The position numbers and the translations under genes were made by a program. Below the pieces are notes generated by a model. That model was given only the letters and a program-made list of their open reading frames with translations, did no database searches and was not told where the DNA came from. Positions 45,198-55,062 of a DNA stretch of 64,000 bases are shown here, piece after piece. This DNA comes from an uncultured delta proteobacterium (GTDB lineage Bacteria; Myxococcota_A; Polyangia; Polyangiales; Houyiibacteriaceae): positions 1,344,001 to 1,408,000 of the forward strand of contig CAVOVB010000001.1 of the NCBI GenBank assembly GCA_963699755.1. Direction: 5' to 3'. Numbering within the stretch: the stretch's first letter is position 1; every line of letters starts with the position of its first letter.

Positions 45198-45458
45198 TCA
45201 ACCGTACCGGACATCCAAAACATGGAAGTATCCGAAAACTAGGAGCTTTCCGACGTGGCTTCCCAGTGAGCCACCATCCTCGGCGGCAAGGTTCTTGGCG
45301 AAGGCAAATGCCTCGGCCGCATGCACCGCCAGGAGGCCCAAGAAGAGCGTCTGGCCGATCCCTGCCTGTGGCACCGACGCCGGCGCAAGGTAGGAGAGAA
45401 CGCCCCAAACCCATCCAGCCAGCACGAGTACTTTTCCGACTGCGGCTGCGCGCTTCAT
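45198..45458 (-). CDS. Small membrane protein (DUF1145-like)
   Basis: 86 aa; H..E and L.FG.FH pattern. Confidence 0.55.
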   Translation of the reverse strand: MKRAAAVGKVLVLAGWVWGVLSYLAPASVPQAGIGQTLFLGLLAVHAAEAFAFAKNLAAEDGGSLGSHVGKLLVFGYFHVLDVRYG

Positions 45459-45471
45459 GCGCGGAGCATAC

Positions 45472-47145
45472 TCAATCGGGAAGCCTCATGACACCCGGCA
45501 GGGGCTGAGTTGGGGCGCCTGGAGGAGCCGGGACACCGAGCAACGCGGCAAGGCTCGTTGCAACTTGCAGCACATTCTGTGGTTCCGCGCTGATGCGGCG
45601 CTCGATCGCCGTTCCCCACATCAGGACCGGGACACGGCGGTCGTAGTCCCACGGGGTTCCGTGGTTCGTCCCGCCTAGCTCGGAAAGCCCGTCGAACCAG
45701 CCAGGCTCTGTGACGAGATAGAGATCACCAGGTGGTTCGTTGGGGAGCGTGGCACCGATCAGTCGCTCGATCTCCTTCCCGCTCGCGCGAAGCGCTGCCG
45801 AGTTCTGCGTTTCGTAGACCGCTTCGACGCCTTCGACCTCGGGCAGAGCCTTGCGTAATGCCTTGCCGAGCTCCTCTCGACGGGCTTTGCCTTCGGCCGT
45901 GTAAGTGAGCAAGGGCGCAACGTAGCCGGCGATCCAGTCCCCGTCACCCAGGGCTGCGTCGGCAGCATCCTCGGCCGCTTTTGTCAGTACGTGGCCCTGC
46001 AGACGGCCCCCGGGTCTGCCTTCCGCGCGGGCTCGCTCCGGAAGCTCTGCGACCCCGTGGTCAGCCGTGAGCACGAAGGCAACCGGACCACGAGCCTGCA
46101 GGAGTTGCACGAAGCGGGTGAGCGCGCGGTCGATTCGCTGAAGATTGTCGGCGTACTCCCAAGACTGCGGACCCCAGACGTGTCCGACGAGGTCGGTCCC
46201 CGAAATTCCGAGCGCGAGCAAATCAGGCACTTCATCCATGCCCATTCGTTCTGCTTTCACGACGGCATATGCGGCGGCCATCAAGTACTCGCTCGCTTCG
46301 GGCGTTCCGGCAAACGCGTACCAGGGATCTGGAGCCTCCCGCGGATCGTGCGGGAAGGCAGGATACATCTCCCCGGGCGCGGCGTCGGGGCCGAGCGCCT
46401 CCTCGAGCCTGCGCGGATCGCTGGGCTCCCAAGCTTGAAGCAGAGGCTCGACCGGATTCGCCTTGTTGAAATCCCGCAGCCATCGAGGGAGCGACGTGTC
46501 CGGCGCGTAGTACGTCGACGTCGTCATGGAGCGCGCTACAGCGTCGTAGAAGACAGCGATGTCGGGCTTCTTGCCGACCGGAAGCACAGCGGAGCGCCCC
46601 TTGATCGAGATCCCCACGATGCGCGCCCTCCCAGCGCTCTCGCGCTGCAAGATGTCGGCGACCGTTTCCGCGCGCATTTGCGTCGGGCTCACGAAGCGAT
46701 CCGGATTTCCGAGAACGGCATGTTCGCGGTCGTCCACGGTGCGACGCGATCCGAGCTCGGCATCATATACTGCGTTCGCGACGATCCCGTGCACGGCAGG
46801 GGGCACGCCACTGGTGAGCGAAGCGTGCCCGGGCGCCGTCTGGGTGCAAGCGTAAGGAAACTCCGCCCGATGAGCCGCGCCGTCTTCATACGCGCGGCGA
46901 ATCGCACTGTCGCTTGGGAGCAGTTGCAGCTGTTCGTCGAGCACCCAGGAGCCAAGTTGATCGAGGATGATCAACACGACGAGCCGCGGGGCCACCGAAG
47001 CCTGGGAAGCCGGCTCCGGCGTGGCCAAGGTCTTTTCGACCGGCGTTTCGGCTTGTGGTGCAGTCCTTGCACAGCCGGGCACGACGGTCGTCGCCACCGA
47101 GAGCGATGCAGCGAGAACGACACGGGCGATAGTCTTCGATTTCAT
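45472..47145 (-). CDS. Alkaline phosphatase family lipoprotein (PafA-like)
   Basis: LDQ, TQTAPGHAS (Thr nucleophile), D.VGH..GP.S, TADHG, HGTPWDYD. Confidence 0.88.
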   Translation of the reverse strand: MKSKTIARVVLAASLSVATTVVPGCARTAPQAETPVEKTLATPEPASQASVAPRLVVLIILDQLGSWVLDEQLQLLPSDSAIRRAYEDGAAHRAEFPYACTQTAPGHASLTSGVPPAVHGIVANAVYDAELGSRRTVDDREHAVLGNPDRFVSPTQMRAETVADILQRESAGRARIVGISIKGRSAVLPVGKKPDIAVFYDAVARSMTTSTYYAPDTSLPRWLRDFNKANPVEPLLQAWEPSDPRRLEEALGPDAAPGEMYPAFPHDPREAPDPWYAFAGTPEASEYLMAAAYAVVKAERMGMDEVPDLLALGISGTDLVGHVWGPQSWEYADNLQRIDRALTRFVQLLQARGPVAFVLTADHGVAELPERARAEGRPGGRLQGHVLTKAAEDAADAALGDGDWIAGYVAPLLTYTAEGKARREELGKALRKALPEVEGVEAVYETQNSAALRASGKEIERLIGATLPNEPPGDLYLVTEPGWFDGLSELGGTNHGTPWDYDRRVPVLMWGTAIERRISAEPQNVLQVATSLAALLGVPAPPGAPTQPLPGVMRLPD

Positions 47146-47247
47146 CCTCACCAGCGCAACCTATCCTGGCAAAAGCGTGGCCGCTAGGCGCCGGAAGAGC
47201 CGAGGCTTGAAACCTGGGGTGGGTCGGCGCTAGACGTAGTGTCCCAG

Positions 47248-47793
47248 ATGAGCGGACGTCTACGAAGCATTCATGCCAACGCGCGCATTGCGCGAGGCTG
47301 GTCGATCGGTTTTTACATCGCTGGCGTTGCAGCACTGGGCACAGGACTGCTCCTCGGAGCGATCGTCGCCGCCGCGACGGGCACGGCCGCCGGCCTCACC
47401 GTCGCTGCGCTGATCGCAGGCGGTGGCGTTGCGACCGGTGGCTTGAGCCTTTGGGAGAGCCGCCGCTTCGAGCAGCGCGCGAAGCGACTCGAAAGCAGGA
47501 TTTCGGAACAGCGCCTCTTTTCACTTGCGGAGAAGCACCGTGGGATGTTGCGCGTCGTCGACGTGGCCAAGGGACTTGGCGTCATGAGCGCGGAAGCCGA
47601 GGCGCTCCTCGATAGCCTGGTGGACGAGGTACGCGTTTCGATGCACGTGACCGAGGAAGGCGAGATTCGCTACCTTTTTCGCGAGATCGTCGACCCATCC
47701 GGCCCGCATGTTCGCGTAGAGCTTGCCGAAGCGGAAAGCGTAGAGGAAACCGAGCCGCTGAGCGTCGAGCGAAAGAAGTATCTAAGTGATTGA
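47248..47793 (+). CDS. Hypothetical membrane protein with C-terminal wHTH-like region
   Basis: Two TM helices, then L...A...AEALLD.L...G.I.Y.F. Confidence 0.65.
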   Translation: MSGRLRSIHANARIARGWSIGFYIAGVAALGTGLLLGAIVAAATGTAAGLTVAALIAGGGVATGGLSLWESRRFEQRAKRLESRISEQRLFSLAEKHRGMLRVVDVAKGLGVMSAEAEALLDSLVDEVRVSMHVTEEGEIRYLFREIVDPSGPHVRVELAEAESVEETEPLSVERKKYLSD

Positions 47794-47799
47794 TATAAT
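47783..47799 (+). promoter_or_regulatory. IHF-consensus site overlapping an extended -10 upstream of rpmE
   Basis: TAAGTGATTGATA matches YAANNNNTTGATW; TGATATAAT at 47791-47799. Confidence 0.4.
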
Positions 47800-47912
47800 G
47801 GAATTTTGGGAGTGACAAGCTTGCGCCTGAAGGGGCTCAGCCCGATGATTTGCCGTCTGGGGTCGCCTAAGCTACATACGGCGACCTCGCTTAGCGACGG
47901 AGCACGACTGCA

Positions 47913-48158
47913 ATGAAACCCGACATCCATCCTGAATACAACACGATCACCGTGCACTGCGCTTGTGGCGCCTCGTTCGAGATGCGCTCGACCCGGAGCA
48001 TCGATCAGGTGGATATCTGCTCGGAATGCCACCCGTTCTACACCGGCAAGCAGAAGCTGGTGGACACCGCGGGTCGCGTCGAGCGTTTCCGCAGGAAGTA
48101 CTCGAAGGCAGGCAAGACGAAGGCCGACGCGGCGCCCGAAGCGCCCGCCGACAACTAG
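47913..48158 (+). CDS. rpmE: 50S ribosomal protein L31 (Zn-binding type)
   Basis: [25 protein letters not shown]. Confidence 0.97.
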   Translation: MKPDIHPEYNTITVHCACGASFEMRSTRSIDQVDICSECHPFYTGKQKLVDTAGRVERFRRKYSKAGKTKADAAPEAPADN

Positions 48159-48194
48159 GCGGCCTTGCCCCGCAAGGGCACCATATTGGCAACG

Positions 48195-49208
48195 ATGGCC
48201 CAACCCTACATTGGTGGGCAGGCGGTCATCGAAGGCGTGATGATGCGCGCTCCTGCCTGTCTAACCGTCGCCGTGCGGCGGCCCGACGGGACAATTGCGC
48301 TCCGCGAGGGCCCGTACCGCTCGACCTGGTCGAAGAAGCTCTGGAAGCTTCCGGGCTTTCGGGGCGTGGCGATGTTGGTCGAATCGATGACGATGGGCTT
48401 CTCGGCGCTTCAGTTCTCTGCGGAGCAGCAGATGACCGAAGAGGAGCTCGCGCAGGACCAGGGATCGGGGCGACTGGCCGTAGTCATTTCGACCGTGCTG
48501 GCGCTTGGACTCTTCGTTGCACTGCCGCAATTTCTCGCGAGCCTGGCGTCGAAGGGCGCAGGCTGGGACCTGGGCCTCACCGACACAGGGTTCCACGTGC
48601 TGATCGGAGGATTCAAATTACTGATCTTCGTTGGATACCTATTCGCGATCAGCCGAATTCCCGATGTGCGGCGCTTGTTTCAGTATCACGGTGCCGAGCA
48701 CAAGACGATTCACGCCTACGAAAAGAACCTGCCGCTGACCGTCGAAAACGTGCAGGCCCAGACTACACTTCATCCACGCTGCGGAACCACGTTCCTCGTC
48801 GTCGTCATCGTCGTTTCGATCATCCTCGGCTCCCTTGCGGCACCGCTGCTGATGCCCGAGGTCGAAGGTTGGTTGGCTCAGGCCTCGCTCCTGCTGATTC
48901 GCATCGGAATTCTCCCAGTCATCGCCGCCATCTCGTATGAGCTTCAACGACTGAGCGCGCGCTTCTGTACGACCGGCTGGCGGCGGGTCGTGCTCTATCC
49001 AGGCTTTCTATTTCAGAAAATCACCACTCGGCAGCCCGACGACGACCAAGTCGAAATCGCCATCGCGGCCATGGAGACCGCTGCCTGGCGTGACCGCATC
49101 CAGGACCAGGCACCCCATGGTCAAGAGCCGATTGTCTTTGCGAGTTTTGCCCGCTTCAGGGAAGTATTGGGCGGGGACGGCTCCTTGGGCGCGTCCCGCG
49201 CGGCCTGA
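48195..49208 (+). CDS. DUF1385 domain membrane protein
   Basis: IGGQAVIEGVMMR, FQYHGAEHK, HPRCGTTF. Confidence 0.92.
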   Translation: MAQPYIGGQAVIEGVMMRAPACLTVAVRRPDGTIALREGPYRSTWSKKLWKLPGFRGVAMLVESMTMGFSALQFSAEQQMTEEELAQDQGSGRLAVVISTVLALGLFVALPQFLASLASKGAGWDLGLTDTGFHVLIGGFKLLIFVGYLFAISRIPDVRRLFQYHGAEHKTIHAYEKNLPLTVENVQAQTTLHPRCGTTFLVVVIVVSIILGSLAAPLLMPEVEGWLAQASLLLIRIGILPVIAAISYELQRLSARFCTTGWRRVVLYPGFLFQKITTRQPDDDQVEIAIAAMETAAWRDRIQDQAPHGQEPIVFASFARFREVLGGDGSLGASRAA

Positions 49209-49210
49209 AC

Positions 49211-50284
49211 ATGCTTCCCACCGACAAGCTCGAATCCCTAGCGGCTCGCTACCGCGAGATCAACGAGCTGCTTTGCCAGCCGAACGTCGTGTCGGACACC
49301 AAGCGGTACACGGGGCTCAACAAGGAGCGCTCGGATCTCCAGGAAGTCGTGGAGGCGTACGCGCGCTATGAGCAAGTCGTGGAGGACCTCGCGGGTCACA
49401 AGGAAGCGCTTGCCGACCCCGATCTTCGCGGGCTCGCAACCGACGAAATTCCCGGGCTCGAAGAAGAACGCGAACAGCTCGAAGCCGCAATCAATCTCTT
49501 GCTATTGCCGAAAGATCCGAACGACGAACGTGACACGATCCTCGAGATTCGCAGCGGCACCGGTGGCGAGGAAGCGGCTCTGTTCGCCGCAGACCTCTTT
49601 CGTATGTATTCGCGATACGCGGAAACACAGGGATGGAAGGTCGAGGTCATGTCTCTGAGCGAGGCGTCTGCCGGCGGACTCAAGGAAGTCATCGCGACGA
49701 TCTCCGGTGACAATGTCTATTCGCGGCTCCGCTTCGAAGGAGGCGTGCACCGGGTTCAGCGCGTTCCGGCGACCGAGTCGCAGGGGCGCATCCACACTTC
49801 GACGGCGACCGTTGCGGTGTTGCCCGAGGTCGACGACGTCGACGAGGTCAAGATCGACCCCAAAGACCTGGAAATCAGCGCGACCGCGGCCGGTGGTCCG
49901 GGCGGCCAGCACGTGAACCGGACACTCTCCGCAGTGCAGATCAAGCACATCCCGAGCGGCATCATGGTGCGCTCCGAGCAACAGCGTTCACAGCACCAGA
50001 ACAAGGCCAAGGCGCTGCAGATCCTCTCGGCAAAGCTCCTCGAGATCGAACGAGAGGCTCAGGCGAGCGCGATCAGCTCGGAGCGGCGCAGCATGGTAGG
50101 CTCAGGGGAGCGCTCCGAAAAGATCCGCACGTACAACTATCCCCAAAACCGAATCACCGACCACCGCATTCAGCTGACTCTGCACAACCTCGACCAGGTC
50201 ATGCAAGGCGATCTCGACGGGCTCTTCACCTCCTTGAGAAGCCATCATCAGGCCGAGCTAATGCGGCAGCAGTCAGAGAGCTGA
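49211..50284 (+). CDS. prfA: Peptide chain release factor 1
   Basis: GTGGEEAALFA, GVHRVQRVPATE (PxT), GGQ, RTYNYPQNR. Confidence 0.96.
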   Translation: MLPTDKLESLAARYREINELLCQPNVVSDTKRYTGLNKERSDLQEVVEAYARYEQVVEDLAGHKEALADPDLRGLATDEIPGLEEEREQLEAAINLLLLPKDPNDERDTILEIRSGTGGEEAALFAADLFRMYSRYAETQGWKVEVMSLSEASAGGLKEVIATISGDNVYSRLRFEGGVHRVQRVPATESQGRIHTSTATVAVLPEVDDVDEVKIDPKDLEISATAAGGPGGQHVNRTLSAVQIKHIPSGIMVRSEQQRSQHQNKAKALQILSAKLLEIEREAQASAISSERRSMVGSGERSEKIRTYNYPQNRITDHRIQLTLHNLDQVMQGDLDGLFTSLRSHHQAELMRQQSES

Positions 50285-50302
50285 GCATGGGATCGCACTT
50301 CC

Positions 50303-50959
50303 CTACGGAATCAGCCTCTCTTCTTTGAGCTTCTTCGCGACAGCCGCGGTCATCGATTTGCGGGCGTCGGGGATCGACGACGGGTCAACCGTGTCCGACT
50401 GGCCCGTCCAGACCAGACCGCTGGTGGCCAATGAGTAGAGGTTGGTTTCCAATCGGATCGTGGTGCTCGTCTCGAAGTAGCCCGGCGTATGCACCTGGGC
50501 ATAAGTGGTGCCGTAGAATCCATAGAATCCGTATCCGTAGATCCCGCCACCGCCTGCGTAGTACCTCGTTCTTGGGTTGTTGTAGGTCGATGGCGGCGTG
50601 TACTCCTGACTCTTGTCGACGCTCAGCAGGCGGGTGATGAGCACGCCATCGAAGCCACCGGCTCCCATCGCGCTTCGAATCTCCTCTTCGCTGAGTTGCT
50701 CGCTCTTCGGCAGGTGGCCCCAACTCGCCTCAGCCGAACCGCCTTGCTCCGTGATCGCCTCAGCGAATGCGTCCTCGAAGGCCTGCCGGCTCTCCTGGTT
50801 CTCGGCCACCCCGATGACGAACAGCTTCTTGAAGACCGTCTGTTCATAGCCGGGGTTGCGATAACTCTGAGAGATGTTGGTTGTTGTTTTGCTGCAAGCT
50901 GCGAGCGCAGAAATCGCGATCAGGATGACGGACAGTGTGGCGAGTTGAGTTTGGGTCAC
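50303..50959 (-). CDS. Hypothetical lipoprotein
   Basis: Lipobox LAAC; Tyr/Gly-rich loop; ETNLY...LVW.G.S. Confidence 0.75.
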   Translation of the reverse strand: MTQTQLATLSVILIAISALAACSKTTTNISQSYRNPGYEQTVFKKLFVIGVAENQESRQAFEDAFAEAITEQGGSAEASWGHLPKSEQLSEEEIRSAMGAGGFDGVLITRLLSVDKSQEYTPPSTYNNPRTRYYAGGGGIYGYGFYGFYGTTYAQVHTPGYFETSTTIRLETNLYSLATSGLVWTGQSDTVDPSSIPDARKSMTAAVAKKLKEERLIP

Positions 50960-51042
50960 TCGGTGAAGGTACGGTAGGAGCCCGGCCGATGCTAGCCGGC
51001 GGCGAAGCCACGTGGGTGACGCGACGCGTCGCCTCTAGCAGG

Positions 51043-51666
51043 TCAGTCGTCCCCGTTGGTACCGAGGTGACCGAGCCGGTCCTGCTTGGTCTTCAAGTAT
51101 TCGCGGTTGTGCTCGTGAGCTTCGATTTCATGCGGCTCGCGGCGCGTCACCCGGATGCCGCCGCTTTCGAGGCCTTGAACCTTGCGAGGATTGTTGGTCA
51201 TTAGCGCCACCGAGCGAACACCGAGGTCCCGAAGCATGTCGGCAGCTACTTGGTAGCCACGCTGGTCCTCCTCGAAGCCGAGCGCCAGATTCGCATCGAC
51301 GGTGTCGAGGCCTTCGTCCTGTTTGGCGTAGGCGCGGATCTTGTTGCCGAGGCCTATGCCCCGCCCTTCTTGTCGCAGGTAGATGACAGCGCCGGTGCCG
51401 GCTGCCTGAATACGTTCGAGCGCCAGGTCGAGTTGGTCGCGGCAGTCGCAGCGCAGAGAATGAAAGACTTCTCCAGTCAGGCACTCGCTGTGAACGCGAA
51501 TCAGCAGATCCTCTGCGCCTTCGACCTCGCCCGCAATCACCGCCAGATGTTCCTTGTCCCCACCGAGCTCCCGATACACGACCAGGCGGAACTGTCCAAA
51601 GCGCGAAGGCAATTGAGCCTCGGCATAGCGTTGCACGGTGGGTGCCTGGTCGCGCGATACGCTCAT
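51043..51666 (-). CDS. ribA: GTP cyclohydrolase II
   Basis: RVHSECLTGE..HSLRCDC, QEGRGIGL.NK, LMTNNP.K. Confidence 0.95.
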   Translation of the reverse strand: MSVSRDQAPTVQRYAEAQLPSRFGQFRLVVYRELGGDKEHLAVIAGEVEGAEDLLIRVHSECLTGEVFHSLRCDCRDQLDLALERIQAAGTGAVIYLRQEGRGIGLGNKIRAYAKQDEGLDTVDANLALGFEEDQRGYQVAADMLRDLGVRSVALMTNNPRKVQGLESGGIRVTRREPHEIEAHEHNREYLKTKQDRLGHLGTNGDD

Positions 51667-51712
51667 GGTGAAAGGGTTCGGTACCACAGGCAGGGGACTC
51701 GTTCCATCTGAC

Positions 51713-52375
51713 CTAGGACGGCACATGTGCATCGGAGAGCTGCGCAAGTAGCGAGGCGACCGATTCGGTGACCAAGTCCACCCGTTCCTTGATGTTGCTC
51801 GTCTCGAGTATCCGCTGACGTTCCTCGGGACTGACGACGAGCTGATCGGCTATGACGTCGGCCGCCTGCGCCGGCATGAGCTCGGCCGAAACCTGCAGGG
51901 CGAAATCCGGCTGCCGTTCTCGAACCTTGGCCGCCACTCTCGTCGCGCAGGCCATCATGGCGAGCACATCCGAAGATGATGCGCTGCCTGAATCCTCGAT
52001 AGGAACGGCGCGGGCGCAGCGGTAGGCGCGACCCGCGCTAGGAACCTCGTGGAGCCGAACTCGGTTGAGGCCGTGCAAAATCACATCGTGGGTACCGTCG
52101 GCTCGCGCCTGATGTGCCACGATACGGCCCGCGCCAGCGACCTCGTAGATCGCCGGCGTGTCCTCGTAGTGGTCCTCCCAACCCGGTGCGAGCAGAGCCA
52201 CCGCCATCGCGGTGCAACCACTTTGGAGGCAATCCTCGATCATCTCGGTGTATCGTGGCTCGAACAGGTGAAGCGGTAGCGCGGTTCCCGGGAAGAAGAC
52301 CACTCGGGGCAGAGGAAACACCGGAAGCCTGGCCAGCTCCTCAGCCGACAACGGAGTGCTCGGTTGCCATTCCAT
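51713..52375 (-). CDS. LON peptidase substrate-binding domain protein (stand-alone)
   Basis: LPVFPLPRVVFFPG..LPLHLFEPRY; no AAA or protease domain. Confidence 0.9.
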   Translation of the reverse strand: MEWQPSTPLSAEELARLPVFPLPRVVFFPGTALPLHLFEPRYTEMIEDCLQSGCTAMAVALLAPGWEDHYEDTPAIYEVAGAGRIVAHQARADGTHDVILHGLNRVRLHEVPSAGRAYRCARAVPIEDSGSASSSDVLAMMACATRVAAKVRERQPDFALQVSAELMPAQAADVIADQLVVSPEERQRILETSNIKERVDLVTESVASLLAQLSDAHVPS

Positions 52376-52383
52376 TCGAGCCT

Positions 52384-52896
52384 CTACTCGGATTCATGCC
52401 AGAGCACTCTCAGCGCCCTCGGCAACTGCGGGCTTCCAAGCACATCGCAGCTCTCGCAAGCGATCGGGAAGTTTCCCTGATCGCAAGACTGACATTCTGT
52501 AAGCACGGACACCATTGCGGTGAGCTCCTCTCGCAGCTTACGGAGCTTTGCAATCTTCTGTTGCATGGTGTCGATTTGCTCGGTCAACACGTGGGACATC
52601 CGTTGGCTGGCTTCTTCGGGACAGTCACAGTCGGACTTGAGGCAAAACAAATCTTTGATGTTTTGCACGGATAAGCCGGCCTCCCGAAGGTCTAGGGCCA
52701 GTTGCAGTTTCATCAACTCCCGACCCGAAAAGAGCCGATGCCCGCAGGCGCTTCGGCGCTCGGGCTCGATGAGGCCTTCCTGCTCGTAAAAGCGCACCGT
52801 TCGAAGCGTGCTCTGACTGAGCCGCGCCATGTCTCCGGTGGTGAGCAAGTCGCCGCACGGAGATGGCTCGACTACTGGTGCTTGTGTATCGGTCAC
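52384..52896 (-). CDS. MerR-family transcriptional regulator, Cys-rich
   Basis: TTGDMAR....RTVRFYEQEGLI.P.R...GHR.F; C-terminal CxC, CxxC, CxxC. Confidence 0.9.
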   Translation of the reverse strand: MTDTQAPVVEPSPCGDLLTTGDMARLSQSTLRTVRFYEQEGLIEPERRSACGHRLFSGRELMKLQLALDLREAGLSVQNIKDLFCLKSDCDCPEEASQRMSHVLTEQIDTMQQKIAKLRKLREELTAMVSVLTECQSCDQGNFPIACESCDVLGSPQLPRALRVLWHESE

Positions 52897-52938
52897 GTAG
52901 GAAGCTCGAAAACGCCTGTGTTTCCAAGAGCTTGGGGA

Positions 52939-52966
52939 AATATGGAGGCCGGCGGGTTCATGTCAA
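52939..52966 (-). promoter_or_regulatory. Putative sigma70 promoter of the MerR gene
   Basis: Minus strand TTGACA-N16-CATATT, followed by the CCAAG-AG-CTTGG palindrome. Confidence 0.5.
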
Positions 52967-53478
52967 GGCCCTGGGTCCATGCCCTCGGGATTGTTCAGCA
53001 AACTGAGATATGCCTGCTCGATCGCTTCAAAGCGCACAGTGAACGTATAGAAGTCCCGATCACGGACGTCGCCGTAAACCCAAAGCGCCTGCTCGACCCG
53101 GAGCTGATCCTCGGGTGCGCATTGCAGCTCCGCTCCCCAGTCGGACAGGTCTTGGCCCAGCAGCACTTCGAGCGCGATGCCGATCGGGTTGAAGGTCAGC
53201 GAGGAACGCTCGAAGTGCAGACGCCAGCGCGTGTAGTCCTCGGGGTCGGTGGCCCATTGTCCATCCTCGAACTGGCGGCGCAGGAGCTCGCCGAAGTAGG
53301 CGCCGCTCATCGGGGCGAGCAACGACACCAGCTCGGCTCTCGGGGAGTCGAGGAGCTCCGCGTAGTGATCGAGAATGGGGAGCGTGTCCGGACTCAAGTC
53401 GAGGTCCATCCCAGTGGCGTTCTTCGCCGAGGTTACGCAGGCTACGGTGAGGTCCATCACGAGCTTGTTGGTTTCCAT
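52963..53478 (-). CDS. Hypothetical protein
   Basis: LDLS..TLP.LDHY, GAYFGE..RR, FNP; globular composition. Confidence 0.7.
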   Translation of the reverse strand: METNKLVMDLTVACVTSAKNATGMDLDLSPDTLPILDHYAELLDSPRAELVSLLAPMSGAYFGELLRRQFEDGQWATDPEDYTRWRLHFERSSLTFNPIGIALEVLLGQDLSDWGAELQCAPEDQLRVEQALWVYGDVRDRDFYTFTVRFEAIEQAYLSLLNNPEGMDPGP

Positions 53479-53522
53479 GGGAATCGCACAATAGCGTGCT
53501 TCGCCCAACTGACCATCTCCCG

Positions 53523-54292
53523 ATGCATGCACTAGGTCTGCGCTTGGATGCGGCTTTGAACCGCCACCCGTACACTGACTGCTCAGCTCGAGGCGGGCCC
53601 TCGGCTTGTGCAGGGCTCTCGGTTTATGCCGGCCCCTCGGGCCGCACCCGCAAGGAACGGGTTCTTGTGTTTCGAGCGGAACCCGAGCCCAAAGAGGTCG
53701 AGATGCTTCGCGTCGTCAATGTCGGGGAAGACCCCGAACTTCGCGGGGCGGCTCTCGCCGGCACCTTGGACGAGCTCGATGAGGGTGAGCTCATCGACGT
53801 GCCTTTTGCCAATCATGACCCTCTCGCGCAGCAGCTCGTCCTGATGAGTCCTCATGCAGCACGCGGCCGCGAGCTGTCGGAGCGGGCAAAGCTAGTCGAT
53901 TCGCTGAGTGCGGTAGATGCACTTCGTCGCCTAGAGCGCTTCGAACAGTGGAGCAGTCCCGACGAGATCGAGGAGGCGCTCCCGGTCGTCAGCATCCCGA
54001 GGACGGCCTTCGAGCTTTCGAGGCAGCGCATCGTCTCAGATGGCGCACGGTTCGGCCTGGCATGTCCGACGGGCTCGCGCTCCAGGCGGTTCGCTTCGGC
54101 TGGGCTCCCAGTGCCCAAGAACTGGTGGCTTCGCTGGGACGCCGATTCGAGGAAATCCTGTCCTCCGCGTCTGCGCAGGGCCTCCGCGCGGCTCGGGGTC
54201 AGGCGAACCAAGAGGCTCTGGCGCGGCTTTCACACATACACGGTACTTCGACCCTCCCAGGCCTTTCGTGTACCATGCAGGTTTCGGGATAA
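53523..54292 (+). pseudogene. Hypothetical gene with probable frameshift near 54040-54075 (or sequencing error)
   Basis: First frame turns Arg-rich and runs 146 nt into the next gene; alternative frame is protein-like and stops 14 nt before it. Confidence 0.45.
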
Positions 54293-54306
54293 CTGGCGAA
54301 CCAACC

Positions 54307-55044
54307 ATGCGGCTCGGCATATTCAGCGACGTACATGCGAATCTCGAGGCCATGTCCTCCGTGATGGAGGCCTATGGCAGCGAGGACATCGATACCTATT
54401 ACTGCTTGGGCGACGTCGTCGGCTATGGCGGAAGCCCCAACGAGTGCGCTGACATCGTGCGCGACGTGGCTGAGGTCACCATCCTCGGAAACCACGATGC
54501 AGCGGTCGCCGGCCGGATGGACTACTCGTACTACTACGAAGCGGCCCGTCAGGCGCTCGACCTTCACGCACGCTCTCTGACGCCGGAGAACATGGCCTGG
54601 CTCAAAGCGCTTCCATACAAGTACGTCGTGGAGGGGACCGGCGTCGATCTTTGCCACGGCTCGCCGGTTCGGCTCGAGGAGTTCGAGTACATCTTCGCAC
54701 CAGACCAGGCAGCCGAGTGCCTGCCGATCTTGAACCAGCTCGGCCACATTACGCTCATCGGCCACTCGCACCTATGTAAGGTGTTCGCCCTTCGACCCGG
54801 GGAGGTGGAGGAGCTGCCGCCCGAAGATTTCGTCCTCGAGGATGGAACGAAGTACATCGTGAGTGTGGGCTCGGTAGGCCAACCGCGCGACTACGACAAT
54901 CGCGCGAGCTACACCGTCTACGACACAGACTCGCGCTCTTTCCATTTCAAGCGTATCGAGTACGACATCGAGGGCGCCGCCTCTAAGATCTTCGGCGCCA
55001 AGCTGGAACGGAACTTCGGACAGCGGCTCTTCATCGGCGTCTAA
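54307..55044 (+). CDS. Metallophosphoesterase family protein
   Basis: SDVHAN, LGDVVGYG, GNHD, HGSP, GHSH, GSVGQPRD. Confidence 0.93.
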   Translation: MRLGIFSDVHANLEAMSSVMEAYGSEDIDTYYCLGDVVGYGGSPNECADIVRDVAEVTILGNHDAAVAGRMDYSYYYEAARQALDLHARSLTPENMAWLKALPYKYVVEGTGVDLCHGSPVRLEEFEYIFAPDQAAECLPILNQLGHITLIGHSHLCKVFALRPGEVEELPPEDFVLEDGTKYIVSVGSVGQPRDYDNRASYTVYDTDSRSFHFKRIEYDIEGAASKIFGAKLERNFGQRLFIGV

Positions 55045-55062
55045 CAGGCCTATCGCCCAGCC

